Under the pieces are notes generated by a model. It was given only the letters and a program-made list of their open reading frames with translations, was not told the DNA's origin and made no database searches. Made by a program: the position numbers and the translations under genes. Shown here piece after piece: positions 50,001 through 59,259 of a DNA stretch of 64,000 nt. Source of the stretch: an uncultured Peptoniphilus sp. (GTDB lineage: Bacteria > Bacillota > Clostridia > Tissierellales > Peptoniphilaceae); the NCBI GenBank assembly GCA_902465645.1, contig CABQNX010000003.1:23180-87179 (forward strand), in the 5' to 3' direction. Position 1 is the stretch's first letter. Each line of letters begins with the position of its first letter.

Positions 50001-50079
50001 ATTTTCTTGTTCCATATCTAGGCCTTCTACTAGATGATTTTTCTTTTTTATTTTCAATAAATTCTCTTAATTTTTCCAA
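47059..50079 (-). CDS. Sortase-anchored adhesin: YSIRK-like signal, Glu-rich stalk, Sdr/MSCRAMM-like domain, three MucBP-like repeats
   Basis: YGTRKLSVGLVS; GDYFTI.LS, QVFYINP; repeats G.F.EHH.Y...E.TY.Y; APKTG, hydrophobic segment, KKRNKKNK tail. TTG start at 50079 behind GGAGG. Confidence 0.88.
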   Translation of the reverse strand: MEKLREFIENKKEKSSSRRPRYGTRKLSVGLVSCVLGYCIFLSPTVVSAQVEEGASEVGSSISIETSAEAASGETESTETKETETVESPADETKETEAVAEVKETEAPAEEISEAVVKEREASQVLEEKAAEVRKEREDADQAMPREEALLENNEEEVAEETIENKEALVEENEEAKIEEAREEQVDPLTEESVNEEELLLNEEVDSETIAAEARTEAKDISNEITNQYVAITEEGHQTPGTVKPDDGEAIGWEVSFTTPRGTIAGDYFTIDLSENLSLKGIEPDHENEYPIEINGKTVADGVRLDRSTIKYTFNENVNDERNVRVSVKGFAYVDKTKVPNTKDENFSIAVGDTKDEKTLKVEYGDTYYTEDKLNGISQFTEFNPETGEYTQVFYINPESETITTSTKDWAFGKVVMFIDGVTPDGTPSDVNYTEKDTTVSVQKLPAGTDVPSAIIENPVQTDEETIVKTTFRDGGIEIVFADNGDEQLRNNDIDSPYIVTVKSVAAPSETGNNLYSRATLYGDGNKFHIMDNSILTTEGDTDAQGEKVGYFKEHHVYYTKVDGVLQEDQTFTIHSSKTEGFDYDFYFTDKNEIEDFKFIKVDTDNLVENPAYNADGSLARGGYEVGKTKEVTYIYERDIKHGSFQEHHIYQTLDENGKVITEETVTKDGTETTGIDENEYSTSKKDQDGNVVTEEKDKDGYKLVEVKATNENSANLGVQFDGQGAETSGNYVNGEKLEVTYIYQKTEVKQTPIEETGKFQEHHIYITKDKDGKETGREVADGKVSGGTKDMTYETGKKEKDGFEFVRTETPVEEPTYNQDGEEARGNYKPGVKQEITYVYEKTETPLTPLEPATPIKDEDPKDPEEPKETTPLVPLTPVEPVEPNESTPSTRDHKTPGTPVVTEVPSTPVVETEKTVEEKTEKTKEVENKEENVEEVKAVESEDEVVEKVEAREEDKNLAQISTKDDTKAPKTGDAGILSSIGLGSLAASGLAFIELKKRNKKNK

Positions 50080-50418
50080 ATTTTTTCCTCCATTAATATA
50101 CACCAAAACATTCTAAAAGCACCTACTCTCTTGAGTAATTTTCCACATATGGAATCTTTGCACTTTTATTTTTAATAGTATACTACTTTTATTAATAATA
50201 TAAAAGTTTATATTTTAAAAAATAATTTGATCATATGCATCTCTCTTGTAATTTTCTATGATTGCAGTTATTCTTTTCGATTTAATTTTTTTAAATTTCA
50301 TTGAATTTTTTTTATGATACAATTTTAAATTATATTCAAATATGTTGATTTTGATTAATATTAATTTTCCCAATAAAAAAACTGCTGGGTCCTTACCCAA
50401 CAGTTAAATTAAAATTTA

Positions 50419-50643
50419 TTAGTCAGCGCTATATGGAAGAAGTGCAATTTGTCTTGCTCTCTTGATAGCTACTGTCATTTCTCTTTGATGTTTAGCGTTT
50501 AAGCCAGTGATTCTTCTTGGAAGAATCTTGCCACGGTCAGAAATGTAATTTCTTAGTGTTTCAACATCTTTATAGTCAATTTTTTTAGTCTTATCTTTTT
50601 CAAAAGGATCTACTTTTTTCCTTCTGCCAAATCTTCTTTGCAT
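50419..50643 (-). CDS. rpsR: 30S ribosomal protein S18
   Basis: [26 protein letters not shown]. Confidence 0.98.
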   Translation of the reverse strand: MQRRFGRRKKVDPFEKDKTKKIDYKDVETLRNYISDRGKILPRRITGLNAKHQREMTVAIKRARQIALLPYSAD

Positions 50644-50654
50644 TTTTACCCTCC

Positions 50655-51191
50655 TTAAAATGGAATATCGTCATTATCAACAGGGAAAAATCCATCGTCA
50701 TCGTTATCATTCTTTGAAAAATCATTTTCGTAAGCAGAGTTTACTGGTCCTTGGTTTCCACCAGGTTGACTGAAGCCACCTTGGTTTTGGAAGTTGTTTT
50801 GATTATTAAATCCACCTTGGTTTTGGTTAAAGCCGCCTTGTGCTTGTCCCCCACCTTGGCTTGATCCAATAAATGTAAGATTATTTACTACAACGTCTGT
50901 TGTGTAAATTGTTCTTCCTTCTTTTTCATAAGATCCAGTTTGGATTCTGCCTTCGATTCCAATTTGACTGCCCTTTCTGTGATAGTTGGCTATAAGCTCA
51001 GCTGTTGCTCCAAAGGCTGTACAAGATATAAAGTCAGCTGTTGGCTGATTGTTGGCTTGTGCCTCTTGTCTTCTTTGCTTGCTCATTCTCCTATCTACGG
51101 CAACTGTGAAACGACACATTGCTGTGCCAGTTTGCGCATAACGAAGTTCGGGATCTCTCACTAATCTTCCGATTAAACTTACACTATTCAT
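50655..51191 (-). CDS. ssb: Single-stranded DNA-binding protein
   Basis: [18 protein letters not shown]-terminal DDIPF. Confidence 0.98.
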   Translation of the reverse strand: MNSVSLIGRLVRDPELRYAQTGTAMCRFTVAVDRRMSKQRRQEAQANNQPTADFISCTAFGATAELIANYHRKGSQIGIEGRIQTGSYEKEGRTIYTTDVVVNNLTFIGSSQGGGQAQGGFNQNQGGFNNQNNFQNQGGFSQPGGNQGPVNSAYENDFSKNDNDDDGFFPVDNDDIPF

Positions 51192-51200
51192 AAAAACTCC

Positions 51201-51485
51201 TTAGTCTTCAACTTTGATAATCATTTGTCTCATTACTGGGTCCATGATTTTCGCTACTCTGTTGATTTCTACTATGTCTTCTGCTTTTGTTTCAAATTCA
51301 TAGAAAATATAGTAAGCTTCGTTTTTGTAGTCGATTTCGTAAGCTAGTTTTTTCATTCCCCATTCATCAACGTTGTTGATTTTTCCGTCTTTTTCGATTA
51401 CTTTTTTAAGTCTTTCGAAGGAAGCATTTCTTTTTTCTTCTTCCACTTCAGGATAAAACATAATCACCGCTTCGTATTTATTCAT
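51201..51485 (-). CDS. rpsF: 30S ribosomal protein S6
   Basis: MNKYE, WG.KKLAYEI; canonical rpsF-ssb-rpsR order. Confidence 0.98.
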   Translation of the reverse strand: MNKYEAVIMFYPEVEEEKRNASFERLKKVIEKDGKINNVDEWGMKKLAYEIDYKNEAYYIFYEFETKAEDIVEINRVAKIMDPVMRQMIIKVED

Positions 51486-51489
51486 GCTT

Positions 51490-51537
51490 TCACCTCCTTA
51501 TGGTCTTCGGCATAGATTAAAAAACTATGCAAGGATT
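51490..51537 (-). ncRNA. S6:S18 ribosomal protein leader (autoregulatory cis element)
   Basis: Minus strand ATCCTT-GCATAG-loop-CTATGC-CG-AAGACCAT-AAGGAGGTG. CCTT can pair with the SD; CCG internal-loop motif present. Confidence 0.75.
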
Positions 51538-51600
51538 TCAATCTTTGATATTATATATTAAAGAAATTGCTTAGTCAAGAATTTATTTAAAGAGGTGTTT

Positions 51601-52074
51601 ATGGAAGTTAAATCTATAAAAGTTAAAAATAAAAAAACTATTGCCCTTGTTGCCCACGACCACAAGAAAAAGGACCTTCTCTCTTGGGTTAAAAGACATG
51701 AAGAAGAGCTAAGAGGCCACAATTTTATTGGGACAGGAACTACTGCTGCTTTGATTTCACAAGAGACTTCACTTGATGTCAAGAGGCTTGTATCTGGTCC
51801 TCTAGGTGGCGACCAGCAACTTGGTGCCAAGATATCAGATTCGCAAATTGATATTTTGATCTTCTTTTGGGATCCTCTTGAAGCCCAACCCCACGACCCA
51901 GACGTCAAGGCCTTACTAAGGATCTCAACCCTCTACAACATTGCCCTTGCAACTTCAGCAACTACTGCCGACTATATCTTGTCCTCTCCAATGTTTAGTG
52001 GGGAGTACGATGTAGAAATTTTGGACAATGATTTTTCTGTGGAAGATAGGATTTCAAAAAAGGATTTTGATTAA
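51601..52074 (+). CDS. mgsA: Methylglyoxal synthase
   Basis: IALVAHD..K, GTGTT, SGPLGGDQQ, FFWDPL..QPHDPD. Confidence 0.97.
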   Translation: MEVKSIKVKNKKTIALVAHDHKKKDLLSWVKRHEEELRGHNFIGTGTTAALISQETSLDVKRLVSGPLGGDQQLGAKISDSQIDILIFFWDPLEAQPHDPDVKALLRISTLYNIALATSATTADYILSSPMFSGEYDVEILDNDFSVEDRISKKDFD

Positions 52075-52136
52075 TTGGAGAAGCGGCTTTTGAAGTCGCT
52101 TTTTTTTATGATAAAATATTTTTATTGGAGGTTCTT

Positions 52137-53345
52137 ATGACAAAAATGTTAGATAGATTTTTAAAATACGTGTCTTTTGAGACAACAAGTGACGAGGCAT
52201 CAGAGACTTGTCCTTCAACTAAAAGACAATTAAAACTTGGGAATTATTTGGTGGAAGAGTTAAGCTCTCTTGGTATTGATGCTGAGATTGATGAAAATGG
52301 CTACGTTTATGGGAAGATTCCTGGCAGGGTCAAGGCAAAGAAGACTGTGGGCTTTATTGCCCACATGGACACTGCTCCCGACATGACTGGAAAAGACGTC
52401 AAGCCGAGAATTATTGAATCTTACGACGGCAAGGACATCAAATTAAATGAAGAATTTACAACAAGCCTTACAGACTTTCCTTTTTTAAAAGACTTAAAGG
52501 GTCAAACTCTTATTACAACTGACGGAACTACACTCTTAGGTGCAGACGACAAGGCAGGAATTGCAATTATAATTTCTGCTGTTGAAGAACTTATTAATGA
52601 TAAGAATGCAAAATACGGCGACATAAGGATTGCCTTTACGCCAGATGAAGAAATTGGCAGAGGGGCCGACAAGTTTAATGTCAAGGACTTTGGGGCAGAC
52701 TTTGCCTTTACTGTTGACGGTGGACCTCTTGGCGAACTTGAATACGAAACCTTTAACGCAGCATCTTGCAAGGTTAAAATTCAAGGTAAGAATGTCCATC
52801 CAGGTTCAGCCAAGGATGCCATGGTAAATTCCCAGCTCATTGCCATGGAATTTAATTCCATGCTTCCTGTAGCTGAAAGGCCCGAATACACAGAAGGCTA
52901 CGAAGGCTTCTCCCTTCTTCTTAACATTGAAGGCTCTGTTGAGTCAACATCTATGTCCTATATCATCAGGGACCACTCAAGGGAAAAGTTTGAAGCTAGG
53001 AAGAAATTATTCCAAGATATTGCAGACTTCTTAAATAAAAAGTATGATGACAGGATAAAAATTGAGATCAAGGACCAATACTACAACATGAGGGAAAAGC
53101 TTGAAGACCACATGGAAATCATCGACTTGGCAAAGGCTGCCTTTGAAAGGTCTGGTGTTGACCCAATGATTGGACCAGTTAGGGGTGGAACCGACGGGTC
53201 AAAGCTCTCCTTTATGGGACTGCCAACTCCCAACCTCTTTACAGGTGGTTACAACTACCATGGTAGGTATGAACTTGTGAGCCTTGACCAAATGGAAAAA
53301 TCCAAGGATATTGTTAAAAATATTATAAATATTTTGGCTGAATAA
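52137..53345 (+). CDS. pepT: Peptidase T
   Basis: AHMDT, TLLGADDKAG, TPDEEIG, VHPG.AK, RGGTDG, NYHG. Confidence 0.97.
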   Translation: MTKMLDRFLKYVSFETTSDEASETCPSTKRQLKLGNYLVEELSSLGIDAEIDENGYVYGKIPGRVKAKKTVGFIAHMDTAPDMTGKDVKPRIIESYDGKDIKLNEEFTTSLTDFPFLKDLKGQTLITTDGTTLLGADDKAGIAIIISAVEELINDKNAKYGDIRIAFTPDEEIGRGADKFNVKDFGADFAFTVDGGPLGELEYETFNAASCKVKIQGKNVHPGSAKDAMVNSQLIAMEFNSMLPVAERPEYTEGYEGFSLLLNIEGSVESTSMSYIIRDHSREKFEARKKLFQDIADFLNKKYDDRIKIEIKDQYYNMREKLEDHMEIIDLAKAAFERSGVDPMIGPVRGGTDGSKLSFMGLPTPNLFTGGYNYHGRYELVSLDQMEKSKDIVKNIINILAE

Positions 53346-53361
53346 TTAAGAATAAGTTATG

Positions 53362-53387
53362 AATCACCAGGCAACTGGTGATTTTTT
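53362..53387 (+). terminator. Rho-independent terminator
   Basis: AATCACCAG-gcaa-CTGGTGATTTTTT. Confidence 0.85.
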
Positions 53388-53701
53388 ATTTTTAATTATT
53401 TATGAAGTCACAAATTATTATGAAGTGAGAATTTTTTTTTAGTTGATAATTATTTTATAAGAAGAAATTTTTTATATCTTTCTAATAATTTATATAGAAG
53501 AGATTGCTTGTAACTTGGCAATAAATTGATAAGCAGAAAATTTTTGCGACTTTAAAATTATTTATATAGAAGAAATTGTTTATGACTTTACAATAAATTA
53601 ATAAACCTAAATTTTTTGATTCTTTCTAAGATGTTATTAATAGAAAGAATTTTACTTATTAATACTTCAAGACATAAAAAAAAGAACCCTCTCGGGTCCT
53701 C

Positions 53702-54835
53702 TTAATTTCTATTATTTGTCTTGTTTGAAGTCCTATTAGAGTTATAGTCTTCATCAGAAGAATTTTCTTGAATTCCCTCTTCCTTTATTCTTTCTCTTAA
53801 CTCTCTATCCCTCATCTTTTGTTCTGCCTCTGCCCTCTCGGCATCTGTCATATTGGCAAGTTCTTCTTCTGTATAGTTTACTACTTCCTCTTGGTCATCA
53901 GGATTATTTCTAAGTCTTTCTAACTCAGAAGCTTGGTAGATTGCATCCTTCTTGTCAACATAATAAAGAGGGGACCCCTTCTTCATGTGACCTTCAAGAG
54001 TCTTCATATCAATGTTTTCCTTGTCAAGACTTACCCCATAGTAGGCAAGATAGGAAAGCTGTCCGTAGTTCATGTCTGTTTCAATGTGCTTGTTTGCAAT
54101 GGAAACTAATTTTGGAAGCTTTAGTAGCATCTTAGGTGACTTCATCTTGTCAAAGATCTTCATGATAAAGTCTTGTTGGGCCTTGATCCTGTCAAGATCT
54201 TGGTCCTTGTAAAGCTTTCTTATCCTAAGATATTTTACTGAGTCCTTTCCATCTAAGAGGTGGAGACCCTCTTCAAAGTTGATTTCTAATGGTGGCACAG
54301 TTGATGGGTCAGTGTACTTGTACTCTGGTGTGTAAACTTCTACACCACCAATTGCATCAACAAGTTCTTCAACTGCTTCGTAGTTAACAGTGACATAGTG
54401 GGAAATTTTTATACCAAGTAGGTCCTCAACACTGGAAACTTGTAAGTCAATTCCTCCACGAGAGTAGGCTGCGTTCATCCTATAATTGTCATATCCCTTT
54501 ATCTTGTAGTATGTATCTCTTGGGATGGATGTAAGTCTAACCCTGTCGTATTTAGGATCAATTGATAGAACCATAATTGTGTCTGCCCTCTTAGAATTTT
54601 TATCAACTTCATAAGTCACATCACTTGAGTCAATTCCAATTAAAAGGATATTTACAATGTCTTCTTCCTCATTAAAGATGGAAATCTTTTCTGGCTCTTG
54701 AACTTCTTCTTTATTGTTAATTTTGTTTTCATTATCTAATTTTTGTCCTCTTGGCGCAAATATAAAGGTAAGTCCCAAGGCACCAAGAAGGAGTATAACA
54801 GTAAGGAATACAAATATTCTGTAAATATGTTTCAT
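53702..54835 (-). CDS. LCP (LytR-CpsA-Psr) family cell-wall glycopolymer transferase
   Basis: N-terminal TM; NILLIGID, RADTIM, SIPRDT, VDAIGGV, D..RI..QQ. Confidence 0.93.
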   Translation of the reverse strand: MKHIYRIFVFLTVILLLGALGLTFIFAPRGQKLDNENKINNKEEVQEPEKISIFNEEEDIVNILLIGIDSSDVTYEVDKNSKRADTIMVLSIDPKYDRVRLTSIPRDTYYKIKGYDNYRMNAAYSRGGIDLQVSSVEDLLGIKISHYVTVNYEAVEELVDAIGGVEVYTPEYKYTDPSTVPPLEINFEEGLHLLDGKDSVKYLRIRKLYKDQDLDRIKAQQDFIMKIFDKMKSPKMLLKLPKLVSIANKHIETDMNYGQLSYLAYYGVSLDKENIDMKTLEGHMKKGSPLYYVDKKDAIYQASELERLRNNPDDQEEVVNYTEEELANMTDAERAEAEQKMRDRELRERIKEEGIQENSSDEDYNSNRTSNKTNNRN

Positions 54836-54930
54836 GTTAACCTCCTAAAATAAGTCTATATAAAATAAGCCAATATTTCAATACTTTTATTAATATGCTA
54901 AATTAATTTCTTATTGGGTAAAGTATAAGT

Positions 54931-55632
54931 ATGAAAATATTATTAGATGCAGACGGTTCGCCAGTTAGAAAAATAGTTGAAGACCTCTCAAAGAAATATG
55001 GAGCAAGGCTTGTCACTGTGAAAAACTATAGCCAAGACTTCACCCCTTCCTATGGTCAAGTGGTTGATGTTGACGTCACAAAGGAAGCGGCTGATATTTA
55101 TATAGCCAACCAGGCAAGAGAGGATGACCTTGTCATAACTAACGACAGGGGACTTGCTTCTCTTGGCCTATCCAAGGGAGCCAGGGTCCTGGACTTTCAA
55201 GGTGACTTCATAGACGATGACAACATCATGGTCCTTCTTGCCAGCCGCCACTTCAACAAGAAGATGAGAGATCGAAAATTTTTTTCTAATATACCTAAGA
55301 GAGAAAAATCACTGGACCAGGATTTTTATAATTCACTAGATAAATTTTTGGAGGGAATAAATATGTTGACACTTTTTGTTTCAAACCTTTGCCCAGATTG
55401 TCCACCGGCAATAGAAGAGATAAAAAAGAAGGATATAAAATGTGAGATTGTAGACATAACTTCTTCAATGGCAAGTCTCAAGAAATTTTTAAAGGAAAGA
55501 GACTTTTCAGATGCCTTTGATGAAATAGTAGAAGAAAATAGGGTTGGTGTCCCTTGCCTCATGCGTGATGACGAATTTTTCTTCTTTGATGGAGATTTAG
55601 ATGAATTTTTAGGAGGATTAAATGGAATTTAA
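54931..55632 (+). CDS. YaiI/YqxD (DUF188) domain fused to a glutaredoxin-like CPDC domain
   Basis: DADGSPV, AADIYI, VITND.GLA, then MLTLFVSNLCPDC...GVPCL. Confidence 0.8.
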   Translation: MKILLDADGSPVRKIVEDLSKKYGARLVTVKNYSQDFTPSYGQVVDVDVTKEAADIYIANQAREDDLVITNDRGLASLGLSKGARVLDFQGDFIDDDNIMVLLASRHFNKKMRDRKFFSNIPKREKSLDQDFYNSLDKFLEGINMLTLFVSNLCPDCPPAIEEIKKKDIKCEIVDITSSMASLKKFLKERDFSDAFDEIVEENRVGVPCLMRDDEFFFFDGDLDEFLGGLNGI

Positions 55633-56167
55633 AGAATTTATAGATTTAGCAAAAGTAAGACAATCCTGCAGGTCCTATAACCCTGACAGAGAAGTTGAAG
55701 ACGTGAAACTTGATGCCTGCCTTGAATCCATGAAGCTTTCACCTTCTGCTTGTAATGCTCAGCCTTATTTTTATTATATTGTAAAGGGTGACGAAGCCAA
55801 AAATGTTAGAGACCTCTTGCAACTAGGCAAGATGAATTCCTTCGCCAAGGACGTCAATGCCTTTGCAGTGGTGACAGAAGAGAATTACAATCTTTCTGCC
55901 AAACTTGGTTCATCTGTAAAGAACCAAGACTACAAGTCCATTGACATAGGAATCTCAGCAGCCTACTTTACAGCACAAGCCACAAGCCTTGGACTTTCCA
56001 CTTGCAAAATGGGTTGGTTCGACGAAGAGAAACTCCAAAAGTACCTTGGAACTAAGTCTAGAATTAGACTTGTAATAGCTATAGGATACGCAAAAGATGA
56101 CACAATTCGTGAGAAAAAAAGAAAATCTTCTGACGCCATTTATAAAATAGTTTCAGAAGATAAATAA
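55622..56167 (+). CDS. Nitroreductase family protein
   Basis: RQSCRSY, SPSACNAQP, GLSTC.MG, IAIGY. Confidence 0.92.
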   Translation: MEFKEFIDLAKVRQSCRSYNPDREVEDVKLDACLESMKLSPSACNAQPYFYYIVKGDEAKNVRDLLQLGKMNSFAKDVNAFAVVTEENYNLSAKLGSSVKNQDYKSIDIGISAAYFTAQATSLGLSTCKMGWFDEEKLQKYLGTKSRIRLVIAIGYAKDDTIREKKRKSSDAIYKIVSEDK

Positions 56168-56182
56168 AAAGATAAATTTATG

Positions 56183-56208
56183 ACTAGGTCTTAGGACCTA
56201 GTTTTTTT
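56183..56208. terminator. Rho-independent terminator
   Basis: ACTAGGTC-ttag-GACCTAGTTTTTTT. Confidence 0.85.
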
Positions 56209-56209
56209 A

Positions 56210-56797
56210 TTACATAAGGGGCCTGAGATAGCCCATCTCAAGGGCGATCTTGCAGGCCTCAATGGCATTCTTGGCACCAAGCTTTCCATAAATATTTGCC
56301 AGGTGGTTGTAGAGGGTTCTCTCGCTGATGTAGAGTTTATCTGCAATTTCTTTTTTTGTCAAACCACTTAAGACTTCTAATAAAATCTCCTCTTCCCTCC
56401 TTGTAAGGGGTTCAATTATTTTCTCGTCCCCATCGAAGGAAATTTTTTCGTCCTTGTAGACCCTCTCAAGTCTTTCTATGACCTCATCAACATCAAGGGA
56501 CTTGTTTATAAAGTCCTTGGCTCCCTTTTCTAGGGCCAGCCTCTTGTAGTTTATCATGTCGTAGGAAGTCAGAATAACAATTTTTTTATTTTTATCATAG
56601 ATCTTATCTAAGATGTCAAAGCCCGTATCCTCTTCCTTGAGGTTTATATCCAAGATTATTATGTCGTAGTCACCCTCCACTTCCTCATAAAACTTTTTTA
56701 TGTCGCTGGTGTAGGTGCAAGAAATCCCCCTCTCTTCCAAGAGGAGCTTCAGGCTCTCACCAAAAATTTTGTGGTCATCTAATAAAAGAATTTTCAT
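56210..56797 (-). CDS. NarL/LuxR-family response regulator
   Basis: LDDH, LDINL, LTRRE.EIL, IADKLYISERT..NHL.NIY.KL. Confidence 0.92.
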   Translation of the reverse strand: MKILLLDDHKIFGESLKLLLEERGISCTYTSDIKKFYEEVEGDYDIIILDINLKEEDTGFDILDKIYDKNKKIVILTSYDMINYKRLALEKGAKDFINKSLDVDEVIERLERVYKDEKISFDGDEKIIEPLTRREEEILLEVLSGLTKKEIADKLYISERTLYNHLANIYGKLGAKNAIEACKIALEMGYLRPLM

Positions 56798-57938
56798 CTC
56801 TGTACCTTCTTATTTTTATTTTCGTGTAAAGACTTCCATCCCTGTCCTCATAAGAGATTTCCCCTTCCTTAGAGGTCACAAGGACCTTCAAAAGGAGGAC
56901 ACCCTTCTTTGAGTCTTCAATATTCTTGAAGTCTTCCTCTCTCATGCCGTCACTTTCAACTTCCATAACAATAAATTCCTCATCTTCATAAAGCCTATAA
57001 AAAATATAGGAAGCCTCTGAATGCTTGTAGATGTTGTTGACAAGCTCCTTAGTAATAGTTGATATAAGCCTAACTTCTTCCTTGCTCGCATTTCCTCTTA
57101 GGGTCTCAGAAATTTTTTCATCTATCCTAGTCTTCTTATCTGGATAAAGACTGGCAAGATTTTCAAAAACTCCCTGAATGTTTTCTTCTATGCCAAAGTC
57201 TTCAAAGAGCCTAGTTTGATAGAACTTCATAATTTCCCTAAGCCTTCCATTTAAATTTGTAAGGATGTTCCCTGCCAGGTCCACCCTTGGGTCCCTCAGG
57301 CTCAAATAGTTTTTGGCTGCAAAAATATATTGGAGGACTTCATCGTGGATGAGCCTTGCAAAGTTCTCACGCTCTTCGCCAAGATAGTCAGACATGTAAA
57401 AAAGTTTAAAGACTTCTTCATAGACATCTTCCCTGTCCTTGAGGAAGAGAAAAAACAAGAGACAGTAGGCAAAAAATATTATTTGGTAGAAGATATGGAT
57501 CACTGGCCCCTATAGGTCAAGGAGATAAATTATGGCTGTGAAGACAAGTAATAGGACAAGGGTAGCAACCTGGGTCATCTTCTTTGAGACTGGAAGGATA
57601 CTAATGTAACTTGCCCTCTCAGGTCTTAGGTTCTTCTTAATATAGATAAGACTTGTTACAAGTCCAAGGCCCATAAAAATTATTGGACTTAAGTTTTTAT
57701 TTAGGGCCAGGGCAAAAAAGAAGAAGGAAAGAAAAATAATCACTCCATGACTTTTCTTGTCTTCTTCCTTGCTTATCTCTGTGTGAATAAAGCCGTAGAT
57801 AATTCCTATGATTAAAAGGCTCATTAGGTTCATGAGGGCTTGACCTTCTATTAGGTCCCCAAGTTTATAAAGCCATGCCCAATAGAAAATTAGGGCAACT
57901 TGGCAAATTATGATTTTTAAAATTCTCTTCCCCATCAA
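56775..57938 (-). pseudogene. HisKA_3-type sensor kinase split by an in-frame TAG at 57510-57512
   Basis: ORF 57510-57938 (TM part) and ORF 56775-57503 (ARLIHDEVLQ, ELVNNIYKHS, ESDG) share a frame: CTA TAG GGG CCA GTG. Confidence 0.75.
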
Positions 57939-58567
57939 AAGTAGGTCACTCCAATCCTCTCCTTGTTTGTCCTAAGGACCATAAAAATATTTATAACAAT
58001 TAAAATTAAAAACTTGCTTATCAAGTACAATTCTATCACAGAAGTGAAAATATAAATATTAGTTGAGATCACCAAGATAAGAGCTCCCAAGAGAATTATT
58101 TTGTTTTGAATCCCCGCCATCTTATTCATATTTTCTGTGTTTAAAATTTTTAAAATTAAAAAATTTGTGTAGAGACCAGCTGTAAGTAAGAAGTTAAAAA
58201 TTTCTAGGACTCCAATTTTTGTCTTGAAGGCAAAAAATATTAGGGATGGCAAGAGGGTAAGAAAGCTGGCTAGGTAGATGGCTCCAAAATATTTTATGAC
58301 TAAGAATTTTATTCCAACCCCATTGGCAAGGAAAAACTCGATTTTCTTCCTTATCTTGTCCTCTTGGAGGGTCCCCTTGGAAAATTCTAGGGCGAAAATC
58401 AAAAAGATAAGGGCAAGTCCTTCTGTCCCCATAAATCTTGATAGGCTTGTATCCTTTTCAAGAGAAAGGCTTGAAAGGTAGGTGAAGACGAGACCAAAAA
58501 ATCCCATTAAGAGGGCATTCTTGTCCAAGATTTTCTTTAGGTCAAGACCAATTAATTTTAAGACCAA
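57935..58567 (-). CDS. ABC-2-type permease-like membrane protein
   Basis: About 6 TM; EDKIRKKIEFFLANG motif; in an operon with an ABC ATPase. Confidence 0.75.
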   Translation of the reverse strand: MVLKLIGLDLKKILDKNALLMGFFGLVFTYLSSLSLEKDTSLSRFMGTEGLALIFLIFALEFSKGTLQEDKIRKKIEFFLANGVGIKFLVIKYFGAIYLASFLTLLPSLIFFAFKTKIGVLEIFNFLLTAGLYTNFLILKILNTENMNKMAGIQNKIILLGALILVISTNIYIFTSVIELYLISKFLILIVINIFMVLRTNKERIGVTYF

Positions 58568-59259
58568 ACTGAACTCACCTCCATGACTTTTTCATTGTCC
58601 ATCATTTTAAGTTGATACAATGAATAAAGACCCAAGCCAAGTCCAAGGATTAGATTAAAAATAATTAAAAATACATTTAAGTCCAAGTTCATAGATCCTA
58701 GAAGACCTAAAATTCTTCCAGAAAAATTCCCCAAAAGATAAATTCCAAGACTTGTGCTAAAGAAAAGAATATTTTTGAAAAACTTAAAATTCTTCCTATA
58801 CATTGCCATGACGTTAAGGGTCAAGATCAAAAAATAATGAAGGACGATGCAAGAAAGATAGAGGGCTATAAAGGACTTGTCCAAGTCACAAATAAGATAA
58901 GTTCCAAAAAAGATTGCAAAGGAAGGAAGGGATGAAAGCCTCCAGTTTTCTATTGTGTAAGCTGTAATAATTTCCCTTGCTTCAAGACCAGTCCCCAACA
59001 AAAATTCCAACCTCCCACTTAGCTTGTCCTTGAGACTTAGGTTTACAAGGACTACGTTGGACCCAATTATCCCAAAACCAAGTATAAGGGCGTAGGTCAT
59101 GAGGATGACAAAATCTTCTCCCTTTGATCTTAAGAGAAACTTGTAAAGACCAAGAAGATAGGCAAAGGTGATTACAAGAAATAAAACTGTGTTGATAATC
59201 ACTTCCTTATCCCTAAATATTAGGTATCTAGCAGCCTTGTTTAGATCCTTGTCTTTCAT
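58558..59259 (-). CDS. ABC-2-type permease-like membrane protein
   Basis: About 6 TM; KDKLSGRLEFLLGTG motif. Confidence 0.75.
   Translation of the reverse strand: MKDKDLNKAARYLIFRDKEVIINTVLFLVITFAYLLGLYKFLLRSKGEDFVILMTYALILGFGIIGSNVVLVNLSLKDKLSGRLEFLLGTGLEAREIITAYTIENWRLSSLPSFAIFFGTYLICDLDKSFIALYLSCIVLHYFLILTLNVMAMYRKNFKFFKNILFFSTSLGIYLLGNFSGRILGLLGSMNLDLNVFLIIFNLILGLGLGLYSLYQLKMMDNEKVMEVSSVWS

Noticed and set aside
50215..50400. 61-aa ORF after rpsR (also 21268-21531 and 46946-47197)
   Set aside because: Low-complexity AT-rich ORFs overlapping terminators, promoters or genes, without a clear RBS.
53346..53700. CRISPR array in the AT-rich intergenic repeats
   Set aside because: Only two degenerate units, no identical repeats with unique spacers, no cas genes.
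57500..57515. In-frame TAG as pyrrolysine or programmed read-through
   Set aside because: No pyl genes in the window and the site is in a membrane linker.
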